From positions 1 to 44,464 of the forward strand of contig DATNEH010000084.1 of assembly GCA_035553015.1 (NCBI GenBank): 44,464 nt of DNA. The letters are read 5' to 3'. The notes beneath the pieces are model-generated. The model did no database searches, was not told where the DNA came from, and saw only the letters and a program-made list of their open reading frames with translations. Positions 30,624-40,294 of the stretch are shown here, piece after piece (position 1 is the first letter of the stretch; each line of letters opens with the position of its first letter). Made by a program: the position numbers and the translations under genes. This DNA is from Caulobacteraceae bacterium. GTDB lineage: Bacteria > Pseudomonadota > Alphaproteobacteria > Caulobacterales > Caulobacteraceae.

Positions 30624-30660
30624 AGGGTGACCCCCAAGTCACCCTAAGTGCGGTAGCGTG
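30624..30660 (+). promoter_or_regulatory. Hairpin plus ops-like element (JUMPStart-like leader)
   Basis: AGGGTGAC-CCCCAA-GTCACCCT (30624-30645), then TGCGGTAGCGTG (30649-30660), an 11/12 match to ops GGCGGTAGCGTG, 34 nt before the GT2 ATG. Confidence 0.7.
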
Positions 30661-30694
30661 CCAGGACGCCGCCGCAGACGGCCCGAAAAAGCGC

Positions 30695-31447
30695 ATGCGG
30701 ATTTCCGTCGTCACCGTCTGCCGTAACGCCGCCGCCACCATCGGCGAGGCGCTGGAGTCGTTCTTCCGCCAGTCGCATCCGGACAAGGAGCTGCTGGTGG
30801 TCGACGGCGCCTCGACCGACGGCACGCTCGACGTCGTCCGCGGCTTCGCCCAGGCGGGGCTGACGGTTATCTCCGAGCCGGACCGCGGCCTCTACGACGC
30901 CATGAACAAGGGGCTGGCGGGCTTCGGCGGCGACGCGGTGGGCTTCCTCAACGCCGACGACCGCTTCCACGACGCCGGTTCGCTGGCCGCGGTAGCCGCC
31001 GCGCTGCAGCGCGCCGACATCTGCTATGGCGACCTCGACTTCGTCGACCGGGCCCGCCAGGCGCAGGTGGTGCGCCGCTGGCGCTCGACGCCGTGGCGCA
31101 AGGGCGGCTTCGCACGCGGCTGGATGCCGGCGCATCCGACCTTCTACTGCCGCCGCCGCGTCGTCGATCAGGTGGGCTGCTTCGACCTGCGCTACCGGCT
31201 GGCGGCCGATTACGACTTCATGCTGCGCGCGCTCGAACTGGCCGACTTCGACGCCGTCCATGTGCCGCGGGTGCTCGTCGACATGGGCGCCGGCGGCGCC
31301 AGCTCGGCGAACCTCAAGGCGCGCGTGCGGCACAATCTGGAGGCGCTCGCCTCGCGCCGGCGCTGGCTGGGCGCCGGGCTCGTCGACTACGCCCTCTTCG
31401 CCAAGCCGCTCGGCAAGACCGGGCAGCTGATCGCGGCGGGATCCTAA
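30695..31447 (+). CDS. Glycosyltransferase family 2 (WcaE-like)
   Basis: ISVVTVCRN, VVDGASTDGT, SEPDRGLYDAMNKG, FLNADD, PAHP and AADYD. Confidence 0.93.
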   Translation: MRISVVTVCRNAAATIGEALESFFRQSHPDKELLVVDGASTDGTLDVVRGFAQAGLTVISEPDRGLYDAMNKGLAGFGGDAVGFLNADDRFHDAGSLAAVAAALQRADICYGDLDFVDRARQAQVVRRWRSTPWRKGGFARGWMPAHPTFYCRRRVVDQVGCFDLRYRLAADYDFMLRALELADFDAVHVPRVLVDMGAGGASSANLKARVRHNLEALASRRRWLGAGLVDYALFAKPLGKTGQLIAAGS

Positions 31448-31456
31448 GGGAGAACG

Positions 31457-32461
31457 ATGGCGACGATCCTGGTCACCGGCGGCGCGGGCTACATCGGCTC
31501 GCATACCTGCAAGGCGCTGGCGCGCGCAGGCCACACGCCGGTGACCTACGACAACCTCTCGCGCGGCTTCGAGCACGCCGTGAAGTGGGGTCCGTTCGAG
31601 CGCGGCGACATCCTCGACGCCGACCGCCTCGGCGAGGTGATCGCGCGGCATCGGCCCGAGGCGGTCATTCATTTCGCGGCCTTCGCCTACGTGGGCGAAT
31701 CGATGCTCGATCCGGGGCTCTACTTCCGCAACAACGTCGTCGGCACGCTGGGGCTGCTGGACGCCATGCGCACGCATGATGTGAACCGGATCGTCTTCTC
31801 CAGCTCCTGCACCACCTATGGCGCGCGCACGTCCGAGCCGATCACCGAGGAGCGGCCGCAGGCGCCGGTCGACCCCTATGGCCGCTCGAAGTGGATGGTC
31901 GAGCTGATCCTGCGCGACTACGCCCGCGCCTATGGCCTCCGCGCGGTGGCGCTGCGCTACTTCAACGCCGCCGGGGCCGATCCCGACGGCGAGATCGGCG
32001 AAGACCACGATCCGGAGACCCACCTGATCCCGGTGCTGCTCGATGCGGCGGCGCAAGGCGCGCCATTCACGATCAACGGCGACGACTACGACACGCACGA
32101 CGGCACCTGCGTGCGCGACTACGTGCACGTCGCCGACCTGGCCGAGGCGCACGTGCTGGCGCTGAAGGCCCTCGAGCGGGATCCGGGCTTCGTGGCCTAC
32201 AACCTCGGCACCGGCCACGGCTTCTCGATCCGCCAGCTCATCGACGCGGCCAGCCGGCGGCTGGATCGCCGCATCGAGGTGAAGCTCGGGCCGCGCCGGC
32301 CGGGCGACCTCGACGCGACCACAGCGGTCGCCGCGCTGGCCGAACGGGAGTTGGGCTGGACGCCGCGTCTCTCCAACATGGACGACATCATCGACACCGC
32401 CTGGCGCTGGCGCCTGCGCCGCCTCAACCGCGCCGCCCAGGGCGTGGAGCCGGTGTCCTGA
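31457..32461 (+). CDS. galE: UDP-glucose 4-epimerase
   Basis: TGGAGYIGSH, HFAAFAYVGES, PYGRSK, LRYFNAAGAD, ETHLIP and DGTCVRDYVHV. Confidence 0.94.
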   Translation: MATILVTGGAGYIGSHTCKALARAGHTPVTYDNLSRGFEHAVKWGPFERGDILDADRLGEVIARHRPEAVIHFAAFAYVGESMLDPGLYFRNNVVGTLGLLDAMRTHDVNRIVFSSSCTTYGARTSEPITEERPQAPVDPYGRSKWMVELILRDYARAYGLRAVALRYFNAAGADPDGEIGEDHDPETHLIPVLLDAAAQGAPFTINGDDYDTHDGTCVRDYVHVADLAEAHVLALKALERDPGFVAYNLGTGHGFSIRQLIDAASRRLDRRIEVKLGPRRPGDLDATTAVAALAERELGWTPRLSNMDDIIDTAWRWRLRRLNRAAQGVEPVS

Positions 32462-32498
32462 CCGCCAGCCCGACCATCGCGACTGCGGAGGCCACGCC

Positions 32499-34364
32499 AT
32501 GTGCGGCGTGAACGGCGCCCTCGCCTACCGGGCGGCCGCGCCCGCCCCCGACCGCACCGAACTGCTTAGGGTGCGCGATGCGATGGCGCCGCGCGGCCCG
32601 GACGGCGTCGGCGAATGGTGGTCGGAGGGCGGCCGCTGCGGCTTCGGCCACCAGCGGCTGGCGATCCAGGATCCGACCCCGCGCGCCAACCAGCCGATGG
32701 CGAGCGACGACGGCCGCTACGTGATTACTTTCAACGGCCAGATCTACAACTTCCCCGCCCTGCGCGCCGAGCTGGAGGCGAAGGGCGTGGTGTTCCGCAC
32801 CACCTGTGACACCGAGGGGCTGTTGCACCTCTACGCGCTGGAGGGCGCCGACATGGTGCGTCGCCTGCGCGGCATGTTCGCGTTCGCGATCTGGGACGCG
32901 CGGGCGCAAGGCGTGTTCCTCGCCCGTGACCCTTACGGCATCAAGCCGCTCTACGTCAGCGACGACGGGCAGACGGTCCGCTTCGCCTCGCAGGTGAAGG
33001 CGCTCCTGGCCGGCGGAGCGATCGCCCGCGAGCCGGAGCCGGCCGGCGTGGTCGGCTTCCACCTTTTCGGCCACGTGCCGGAACCCTTCACGCTCTACCG
33101 CGACATCCGCGCCCTGCCCGCGGGCTGCACGCAGTGGGTGGATGCGGCAGGCGTTCAGCCGCCGAAGCCGTTCGTCAGCATCCCGTCTATCCTCGCGGCG
33201 GGCGCGGCGCAGCCTGCGCCGCCCGCCGAGCTCGGGACGCGCGTGCGCGAGGCCGTGCGCGACAGCGTGGCTGCGCACATGCTGTCCGACGTCGAGGTCG
33301 GCTGCTTCCTCTCCGCCGGCGTCGACTCCGGCGCGATGCTTGGCCTGATGCGCGAGGCCTCGAGCGCGCCGCTGCGGGCCATCACGCTGGCGTTCGAGGA
33401 GTTCCGCGGCACGAACGAGGACGAGGCGCCGCTGGCCGCCAGGGTCGCCGCCGAATATGGCTGCCGCCATGAGGTTCGCTGGGTCGCCAAGCGCGAGTTC
33501 GAGGCCGACCTGCCGGCGATCTTCGCGGCGATGGACCAGCCCTCGATCGATGGGGTCAACACCTGGTTCGTGGCCAAGGCGGCGAAGGAAGCCGGCCTCA
33601 AGGTGGCGATCTCCGGCCTCGGCGGCGACGAGTTGCTGGCCGGCTACCCGAGCTTCGTCGACCTGCCGCGCTGGCGCCGCCGCTACGGGCCGCTGGCCGC
33701 CGCGGGCCTCGGCGGCGTCGCGCGGATGGTGCTGGGCGCGGTTGCGCCGGGCCTCGTCCGCGAAAGGCCGAAGGCGGCCGGCATGCTGGAATACGCCGGC
33801 AGCTGGACTGGCGCCTACCTGCTGCGGCGCGGGCTCTTCCTGCCGCACGAGCTGCCCGCGTTGATCGAGCCGGAGCTGGCGCGCGCGGGCCTGAAGCGGC
33901 TGCAGCTGACGCCGATGCTGGACGCCACGATCACGCCCGATCCGGGCAGCGACGTCGGCCGCGTCTGCGCGCTGGAATCGCTGAACTACATGAAGAACCA
34001 GCTGCTGCGCGACGCCGACTGGGCGGGGATGGCGCAGAGCGTCGAGATCCGCCCGCCGCTGGTCGACATCGAGCTGCTGCGCGCGCTGGCGCCTTCGATC
34101 GCCACGCTGCAGCCGGGCGCCGGCAAGGCGGCGCTGGCCGCCGCGCCGGCCAAGCCGCTGCCCGCCGAGATCGTCAGCCGCGCCAAGACCGGCTTCTTCG
34201 TGCCGACCGGCGCCTGGATGGCAGAGGCGGCCGGCCGCGCGGCTGGCGCCGCCAAGCCGCCGCCGAAGGGCCTCGCCTCCCGGCAATGGGCGCGCCAGGT
34301 ATTCGGCGCTGCGCAGCGCGCGCCGGACGCAGCGAGCCTCAACCTGGCGGCGACCGGGGCATGA
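32499..34364 (+). CDS. asnB: Asparagine synthase-like glutamine amidotransferase (polysaccharide amidation type)
   Basis: N-terminal MCG, RGPD, ARDPYGIKPLY, FLSAGVDS and SGLGGDE; embedded in the glycan operon. Confidence 0.9.
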   Translation: MCGVNGALAYRAAAPAPDRTELLRVRDAMAPRGPDGVGEWWSEGGRCGFGHQRLAIQDPTPRANQPMASDDGRYVITFNGQIYNFPALRAELEAKGVVFRTTCDTEGLLHLYALEGADMVRRLRGMFAFAIWDARAQGVFLARDPYGIKPLYVSDDGQTVRFASQVKALLAGGAIAREPEPAGVVGFHLFGHVPEPFTLYRDIRALPAGCTQWVDAAGVQPPKPFVSIPSILAAGAAQPAPPAELGTRVREAVRDSVAAHMLSDVEVGCFLSAGVDSGAMLGLMREASSAPLRAITLAFEEFRGTNEDEAPLAARVAAEYGCRHEVRWVAKREFEADLPAIFAAMDQPSIDGVNTWFVAKAAKEAGLKVAISGLGGDELLAGYPSFVDLPRWRRRYGPLAAAGLGGVARMVLGAVAPGLVRERPKAAGMLEYAGSWTGAYLLRRGLFLPHELPALIEPELARAGLKRLQLTPMLDATITPDPGSDVGRVCALESLNYMKNQLLRDADWAGMAQSVEIRPPLVDIELLRALAPSIATLQPGAGKAALAAAPAKPLPAEIVSRAKTGFFVPTGAWMAEAAGRAAGAAKPPPKGLASRQWARQVFGAAQRAPDAASLNLAATGA

Positions 34365-35482
34365 CGCCGCCCCAGATCCATCTCCCCGGCATCCAGGTGG
34401 CCGCGCAGTTCCTCACCCCCGGCTCGGGCGGCATCGCCCGTTGCGCGCGGCTGACCATGATGGCGCTGACCTCGCAGGCGCGCGTCCGCGGCCTCGCGGT
34501 CGAAGATGAGCAACCGACACTGGTCGGCAAGACGCAGACCCGCGCGTTCCGCGGCAACCGCTCTGCGTTTGTCGTCGCCAACATGATGGGCGCGCTGACC
34601 AGTGACTGGGTGATCTACGACTTCGCCGGCACCGCCCGCGCGCACGGTCCGCTCGGCCTGGCAGGCCGGCCGTACGCGCTCTGGGCGCACGGCTGGGAGG
34701 TGTGGCCGGGCAACCTGCGCGCCGACTATGCGCGCGCGATCCGCGGCGCCAAGGCGGTGTTCGTCAACAGCCACCACACCGGCGGGCGGCTCAGCCAGAG
34801 CATGCCCGACCTGAAGAGCATCCACGTCTGTCAGCTGGGCACCGAAAAGGACCTGGCGCCCGGCGCAAATGCGTCGCGCACGACCGAGCCAGGGGCCGAG
34901 AAGATTGTGCTGTTCGTCGGCCGCAACGACGAGATGTTCGCCAAGGGCCAGGACGTGCTGATCGCCGCCTGGCCGAAAGTGGCCGCCGAGGCGCCAGACG
35001 CGACGCTGGTCTTCGTTGGCGGCGGCGAGCGGCTGGGCCGGCTGCGCGAGCTGGCGGCCGCCTCGCCCGCCGCGGCCTCGATCAAGGTGCTGGGCCAGCT
35101 CACCGACGCCGAGGTCGACACCCTGCGCGGCCGCGCCCGCCTGTTCGCCATGCTGAGCAATGTCGAGGGTTTCGGGCTAGTGTTCGCCGAGGCGATGAGC
35201 GAGGGCCTGCCGGTGCTGACCTCCAACGAGGACGCCTCGACCGAGGTCAACCTGCACGGCGAGACCGGCTTTGCGATCCCGCGCGGCGACCTCGACGGCG
35301 TGTCGGCGACCATCCTCCGTGTGCTGAACGACGACCAGCTGTTCGAGCGGCTGTCGCGCGGCGCCTATGAGCGCTGGCGCGAGACCTTCTGCTTTTCCGC
35401 CTTCAAGGACCGCTTCCTGGGCGCGGCCGCGGACGCCGGCCTCGTCCGTGCGCCGGTCGTCAACGGCCACGCGGTCGTCTAA
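34361..35482 (+). CDS. Glycosyltransferase family 4
   Basis: SGGIAR, WAHGWE, LFVGR..KGQDVLI and EGFGLVFAEAM; ATGA overlap with the asnB stop. Confidence 0.9.
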   Translation: MTPPQIHLPGIQVAAQFLTPGSGGIARCARLTMMALTSQARVRGLAVEDEQPTLVGKTQTRAFRGNRSAFVVANMMGALTSDWVIYDFAGTARAHGPLGLAGRPYALWAHGWEVWPGNLRADYARAIRGAKAVFVNSHHTGGRLSQSMPDLKSIHVCQLGTEKDLAPGANASRTTEPGAEKIVLFVGRNDEMFAKGQDVLIAAWPKVAAEAPDATLVFVGGGERLGRLRELAAASPAAASIKVLGQLTDAEVDTLRGRARLFAMLSNVEGFGLVFAEAMSEGLPVLTSNEDASTEVNLHGETGFAIPRGDLDGVSATILRVLNDDQLFERLSRGAYERWRETFCFSAFKDRFLGAAADAGLVRAPVVNGHAVV

Positions 35483-35503
35483 AGCAGTGCAAACCGACTA
35501 CGC

Positions 35504-36382
35504 ATGGATTCCAGCGCGCAGATGAAGGCGAGTTCCGACGCCGTGGTGGCCTCCGCCAGCGACGCCCAGTCGGGCAACAAGTCGTGGTGGACCGAGAACA
35601 CCATGTCCTACGACTGGAAGGACAAGGTGGCGCGCGCCGAGTTCTCGCGCGAGTGGTTCGACGAGATCGACGCCCGCTTCATCGACGCCGCCCGCCACTT
35701 CGCCCACGGGGCGCAGCCGTTCGACAAGATCATTCCGTTCGATCGCATCGCCGGCAAGAAGGTGCTGGAGATCGGCTGCGGCATGGGCCTGCACACCGAG
35801 CTGATGACGCGGGCGGGCGCTCAGGTGACTGCGCTCGACATCTCGCCGAAGTCAGTGGCCGCGACCCGGGCGCGGCTGGCGCTGAAGGGGCTGACCGCCG
35901 ACGTGCGCGAGGTCGACGCCGAGACGCTCGACGCCCAGAACGAGTTCGACATGATCTGGTCGTGGGGGGTGATCCACCACTCGTCGCGGACGGGCCGCGT
36001 GCTGCGCAACCTCTACAATGCGCTGAAGCCCGGCGCCGAGCTGCGCTTCATGGTCTACAGCCTCGACGGCGCCGAGGCCTATGCGGTGATGATGAGCCAG
36101 TACATGTTCGGCTTCTGGCGCGGCAAATCGCTGGACGAGCTGCTGTGGGCGCACACCGACGGGTTCCTGGCGCGCTACTTCACCAAGGACTCGCTGACCA
36201 ACCTCTGCCGCACCTTCTTCGACGACGTCGAGCTGGCGATCTACGGGCAGGAGTCCGACGCGATCCCGCTGCCAGGGCGCCTGCGCCGACTGGTGCGCCC
36301 GCTCTTCTCGGACCGCTATATCGAGAAGGCCGTGCACCGGCGCGGCACCTTCCTCTTCGCCACCGCGACCAAGCAGGCCTGA
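35504..36382 (+). CDS. Class I SAM-dependent methyltransferase
   Basis: KVLEIGCGMG, ALDIS, FDMIWSWGVIHH and LKPG. Confidence 0.9.
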   Translation: MDSSAQMKASSDAVVASASDAQSGNKSWWTENTMSYDWKDKVARAEFSREWFDEIDARFIDAARHFAHGAQPFDKIIPFDRIAGKKVLEIGCGMGLHTELMTRAGAQVTALDISPKSVAATRARLALKGLTADVREVDAETLDAQNEFDMIWSWGVIHHSSRTGRVLRNLYNALKPGAELRFMVYSLDGAEAYAVMMSQYMFGFWRGKSLDELLWAHTDGFLARYFTKDSLTNLCRTFFDDVELAIYGQESDAIPLPGRLRRLVRPLFSDRYIEKAVHRRGTFLFATATKQA

Positions 36383-36389
36383 GGCGACC

Positions 36390-36998
36390 ATGACCACCAC
36401 GACCGACATGCGCGACCTGATCGGCAGGTATCGCCAGGCGTTCAACGCGGCGCTGACGCTCCCGGCATTGGACGTGGCGGCGACGCTGGGCGAGGCGCTG
36501 CGCCAGGCCTGGCGCGACGGGCGCACGATCTATCTCTGCGGCAATGGCGGCAGCGCCGGCAACGCCAACCACCTCGCCAACGACTTCCTCTACGGTGCGG
36601 GCGTCACCAACGGGATCGGCCTGAAGGTCGAGTCGCTGAGCGCCAATCCGGCCGTGCTCACCTGCCTCGCCAACGACATCGGCTACGAGAACGTCTACGC
36701 CGAGCAGCTGCGCGTGAAGGGCGAGCCCGGCGACGTGCTGATCGTGCTCTCCGGCAGCGGCAACTCGCCGAACGTGGTGCGGGCGCTGGAGGTAGGCGCC
36801 GCCAAGGGGATGACCACCTTCGCGATCCTCGGCTTCACCGGCGGCAAGTGCAAAGGCCTGGCCCAGCACCCGATCCACTTCCCGGTCGACGACATGCAGA
36901 TCTCCGAGGACCTGCAGATGGTGGTCGGGCACCTGTGCATGCAGTGGCTGTGCGCCAATCCGCTCACCCAGCCGGCCGCTTCGGCGGCGGCGGAATAG
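36390..36998 (+). CDS. gmhA: Phosphoheptose isomerase (SIS domain, GmhA-like)
   Basis: CGNGGSAGNANH, CLANDIGY, GDVLIVLSGSGNSPNV and QISED. Confidence 0.88.
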   Translation: MTTTTDMRDLIGRYRQAFNAALTLPALDVAATLGEALRQAWRDGRTIYLCGNGGSAGNANHLANDFLYGAGVTNGIGLKVESLSANPAVLTCLANDIGYENVYAEQLRVKGEPGDVLIVLSGSGNSPNVVRALEVGAAKGMTTFAILGFTGGKCKGLAQHPIHFPVDDMQISEDLQMVVGHLCMQWLCANPLTQPAASAAAE

Positions 36999-37017
36999 CC
37001 GGGCGACTCGCCTCCGC

Positions 37018-37977
37018 ATGCGCCACCTGATCACCGGGGCCGCCGGCTTCATCGGCAGCCAGCTGGCCGACGCGCTGCTGGCTGACGGCGATGTCGTGGC
37101 CGGCGTCGATGACTTCTACCTCGGCAAGCCGGCGCACCTGGCGGCGGCGCGCGCCAATCCGCGTTTCAGCTTCGTCCAGGCCGACGTCAGCGACGCGAAA
37201 GCCGCAACCGACGCCTTCCAGGCGCTGGCCGGCGATGCGCCGCCCGACCTGATCTGGCACCTGGCGGCCAACAGCGACATCGCCGCCGGCGTCGCCGATC
37301 CGTCCATCGACTTCCGCCGCACCCTGCAGACCACTTTCGCCACCATCGAGGCGGCGAAGGCGATCGGCGCGCGCGCCGTCGCGTTCGCCTCCACGTCCGC
37401 CGTCTACGGCGAGAGCGACCGGCTGCTCGTCGAGGAGCTCGGCCCGCTGCTGCCGATCTCCAATTACGGCGCGGCGAAGCTCGCCAGCGAGGCGCTGCTC
37501 TCGGCGGCGGCCGAGTCGAGCCTCGACCGCCTATGGATCTTCCGCTTCCCGAACGTGATCGGGCCCAGAGCCACGCACGGCGCGCTCTACGACTTCGCCG
37601 GCCGCCTCGCCAGCCGCCCGGCCTCGCTGCGCGTGCTCGGCGACGGGACCCAGACCAAGCCCTACCTGCACGTCAGCGAACTGATCGCCGCGATGCGCTT
37701 CATCGTGGCGAACGCCAGAGAGCGGCGGAATGTCTTCAACATCGGCCCGGAGACCGCCGGCTCGCGGGTCAGCTTCCTCGCCGAGACGATGATCGCCCGC
37801 ATGGCCCCCGGCACGCCGATCGCCTACTCGGGCGGCGACCGCGGCTGGGTGGGCGACGTGCCGCGCTTCGCCTACTCGACCGAGAAGCTCGCCCGCCTCG
37901 GCTGGCGTCCAAACCTGAGCTCCGACGACGCCGTGCGCCGCGCGGCCGACGAGCTGGCGCTGGAGACGGTAAGCTGA
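37018..37977 (+). CDS. NAD-dependent epimerase/dehydratase
   Basis: TGAAGFIG, HLAANSDI, ASTSAVYG, YGAAK and GDGTQTKPYLHV. Confidence 0.9.
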   Translation: MRHLITGAAGFIGSQLADALLADGDVVAGVDDFYLGKPAHLAAARANPRFSFVQADVSDAKAATDAFQALAGDAPPDLIWHLAANSDIAAGVADPSIDFRRTLQTTFATIEAAKAIGARAVAFASTSAVYGESDRLLVEELGPLLPISNYGAAKLASEALLSAAAESSLDRLWIFRFPNVIGPRATHGALYDFAGRLASRPASLRVLGDGTQTKPYLHVSELIAAMRFIVANARERRNVFNIGPETAGSRVSFLAETMIARMAPGTPIAYSGGDRGWVGDVPRFAYSTEKLARLGWRPNLSSDDAVRRAADELALETVS

Positions 37978-37997
37978 GCGGCGCGGGGGCGGATCGG

Positions 37998-39314
37998 GTG
38001 CGCCACCTGGCGATCATCGCCGGCGGCAAGGGCATGCGCATGGGCGAGGCGTTCCCCGGCCTGCCCAAGGCGCTGATCCCAGTCGGCGGCAAGCCGGTGC
38101 TGCAGCACCAGCTGGAGCTGGCGCGCGCCGCCGGCGTGGAGAGCGTGACCGTCTTCGCCGGCCACCTGTCCGACAAGATCGCCGCATTCGTCGGCGACGG
38201 CGCGCGGTTCGGGCTCGATATCCGCGTGATCGTCGAGGAGACGCCCCTCGGCAACGCCGGGTTGCTGGCGGCCTCGCTGGACGCGCTGCCCGAGCAGTTC
38301 TTCGTGCTCTACGGCGACGTGATGGCCGCGGTCGACCTGGCCCGGATGGGCGCGTTCCACCTGGACCGCGGCGCGGACTTCACCACGCTCGTGCATCCGA
38401 ACGACCATCCGTTCGACTCGGACCTGATCGAGGCCGACGCCGATGATCGCGTCACCGCCATCCGCGCCTGCCCGCACCCGGACGGCCAGCATTTCGCCAA
38501 CCTGGTCAACGCCGCCCTCTACGCCGTGCGACGCGACGCGCTGCGGCCGTTCCAGAGCGCCGGCGGCAAGCTGGACTTCACCAAGGACGTGCTGGCCGGT
38601 CTGGTGGCGCGGGGCGCGGGCGTGCTGGCTTACCGCTCGTCCGAGTACATCAAGGACATGGGGGCGCCGGCTCGCCTGGCCCGCGTCGAGGCCGATTGGC
38701 GCGCCGGCAAGATCCGCCTCGGCCCGGCGAAGCCGCGCGCGGCGGTGTTCCTCGACCGCGACGGCACCCTGAACGTCGACCGCCCCTTCATCGCCCGCGC
38801 CGCCGACCTGGAGCTGATCGCCGGCGCCGGCGCGGCGCTGAGACGCCTGCGCGAAGCCGGCTTCCTGCTGATCGTGGTGACCAACCAGCCGGTGATCGCC
38901 CGCGGCGAGGCCAGCTGGGCGGGGCTCGCCGACATCCACCACAAGCTCGAGTGGGAGCTCGGCAAGGCCGGCGCCTTCATCGACGCGCTCTACTTCTGCC
39001 CGCACCACCCGGACGCCGGCTTCCCGGGAGAGGTCCCTGAGCTGAAGATCGCCTGCGATTGCAGGAAGCCTGCCACCGGCCTGATCGACCAGGCCTGCCG
39101 CGACTTCGCGATCGACCGCGCCGCCTCCTGGATGGTCGGCGACTCCACCCGTGACGTCGAGATGGCGCGCCGCGCCGGCCTGCGATCGGTGCTGGTGCGC
39201 ACCGGCAACGGCGGCGCGGACGGCCGCTACCAGGTGGGCGCCGATCACGTCGTCCTCGACATCGCCGACGCAGCCGAGCTGATCGCCGAGGCCGCCATGG
39301 CGAGCGTCGCATGA
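37998..39314 (+). CDS. Fusion of nucleotidyltransferase (HddC-like) and heptose-1,7-bisphosphate phosphatase (GmhB, HAD-IIIA)
   Basis: IIAGGKG.RM..LPKAL, then AVFLDRDGTLN, VVTNQ, CPHHP, CDCRKP and MVGD; GTG start at 37998. Confidence 0.88.
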   Translation: MRHLAIIAGGKGMRMGEAFPGLPKALIPVGGKPVLQHQLELARAAGVESVTVFAGHLSDKIAAFVGDGARFGLDIRVIVEETPLGNAGLLAASLDALPEQFFVLYGDVMAAVDLARMGAFHLDRGADFTTLVHPNDHPFDSDLIEADADDRVTAIRACPHPDGQHFANLVNAALYAVRRDALRPFQSAGGKLDFTKDVLAGLVARGAGVLAYRSSEYIKDMGAPARLARVEADWRAGKIRLGPAKPRAAVFLDRDGTLNVDRPFIARAADLELIAGAGAALRRLREAGFLLIVVTNQPVIARGEASWAGLADIHHKLEWELGKAGAFIDALYFCPHHPDAGFPGEVPELKIACDCRKPATGLIDQACRDFAIDRAASWMVGDSTRDVEMARRAGLRSVLVRTGNGGADGRYQVGADHVVLDIADAAELIAEAAMASVA

Positions 39315-40294
39315 TCATCTCGCGCACGCCGCTTCGGGTCAGCTTCTTCGGCGGGGGCTCCGACCTGCCCGCCTACTACCGCCGCCACGGCGGGGCCGTG
39401 CTCTCCACGGCGATCGACAAGTCGGTCTACGTCACCGTCAGTCGCAAGTTCGACGAGGCGGTGCGGGTCAGCTACTCGCGCACCGAGGAGGTCGCCCGAG
39501 CCGCCGACGTCGAGCACCCGCTGGTGCGCGAGTCGCTCGCCCTGCTCGGCATCGAGGGCGGCGTCGAGATCACCTCGATCGCCGACATTCCGGCGCGCGG
39601 CGCCGGGCTCGGCTCGTCGAGCGCGTTCACGGTCGGCCTGCTCAACGCCCTGCACGCTTACAAGGGCCGGCATGCGTCGGCCGCGCGGCTCGCCGAGGAA
39701 AGCTGCGCCATCGAGATCGATCGCTGCGGCGAGCCGATCGGCAAGCAGGACCAGTACGCGGCGGCGTTCGGCGGCTTCAACTACATCCGCTTCCACCCCG
39801 ACGACCGGGTGGAGGTGACCAAGGTGGTCTGCCCCGCCGAGGTGACCGCCGAGCTGCAGCGGCGGCTGCTGTTCTTCTACACCGGCGTCACCCGCTCGGC
39901 CTCCAGCCTGCTGGGCGCGCAGTCGGCGGCGGTCGCCAGGCCCGGCGCGGCGGCCAGCGCCACCGGCGAGCTCACCTGCCTCGCCGGGCAGGCGTTCGAG
40001 GCGGTCTGCAACGGCGACATCGATCCGCTCGGCCCCATGCTCGACGCGGCCTGGCGGCTGAAGAAGGGCCTCGCCGCCGGCGTCAGCAACGGCCAGATCG
40101 ACCAGGCCTACGAGGCGGCGCGAAACGCCGGCGCCGAGGGCGGCAAGCTGCTGGGCGCCGGCGGCGGCGGCTTCCTGATGTTCCTCGCGCCGCCGCAGCG
40201 GCACGACGCGATCCGCGCAGCGCTCGGATCCTTGCGCGAGACCCCGTTCCAGTTCGCTCGCCAGGGCAGCAGCATCATCTTCGTGCATGACTGA
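39311..40294 (+). CDS. hddA: GHMP kinase, D-glycero-alpha-D-manno-heptose-7-phosphate kinase (HddA-like)
   Basis: MIISRTPLRVSFFGGGSD, GAGLGSSS, GKQDQYAAAFGG and GGKLLGAGGGGF. Confidence 0.88.
   Translation: MIISRTPLRVSFFGGGSDLPAYYRRHGGAVLSTAIDKSVYVTVSRKFDEAVRVSYSRTEEVARAADVEHPLVRESLALLGIEGGVEITSIADIPARGAGLGSSSAFTVGLLNALHAYKGRHASAARLAEESCAIEIDRCGEPIGKQDQYAAAFGGFNYIRFHPDDRVEVTKVVCPAEVTAELQRRLLFFYTGVTRSASSLLGAQSAAVARPGAAASATGELTCLAGQAFEAVCNGDIDPLGPMLDAAWRLKKGLAAGVSNGQIDQAYEAARNAGAEGGKLLGAGGGGFLMFLAPPQRHDAIRAALGSLRETPFQFARQGSSIIFVHD

Noticed and set aside
30989-30998. Additional GCGGTAGC matches (here and ~1459) as ops sites
   Set aside because: They lie inside coding regions and lack the 3' GTG of the consensus; chance matches are expected at this GC content.
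37533-37997. Upstream extensions of ORF-track calls (also 40598-41164, 27859-27969, 22120-22218, 34286-34360)
   Set aside because: Arg/Pro-rich read-through overlapping upstream genes or spacers; family motifs and RBS or stop-start overlaps support later starts.
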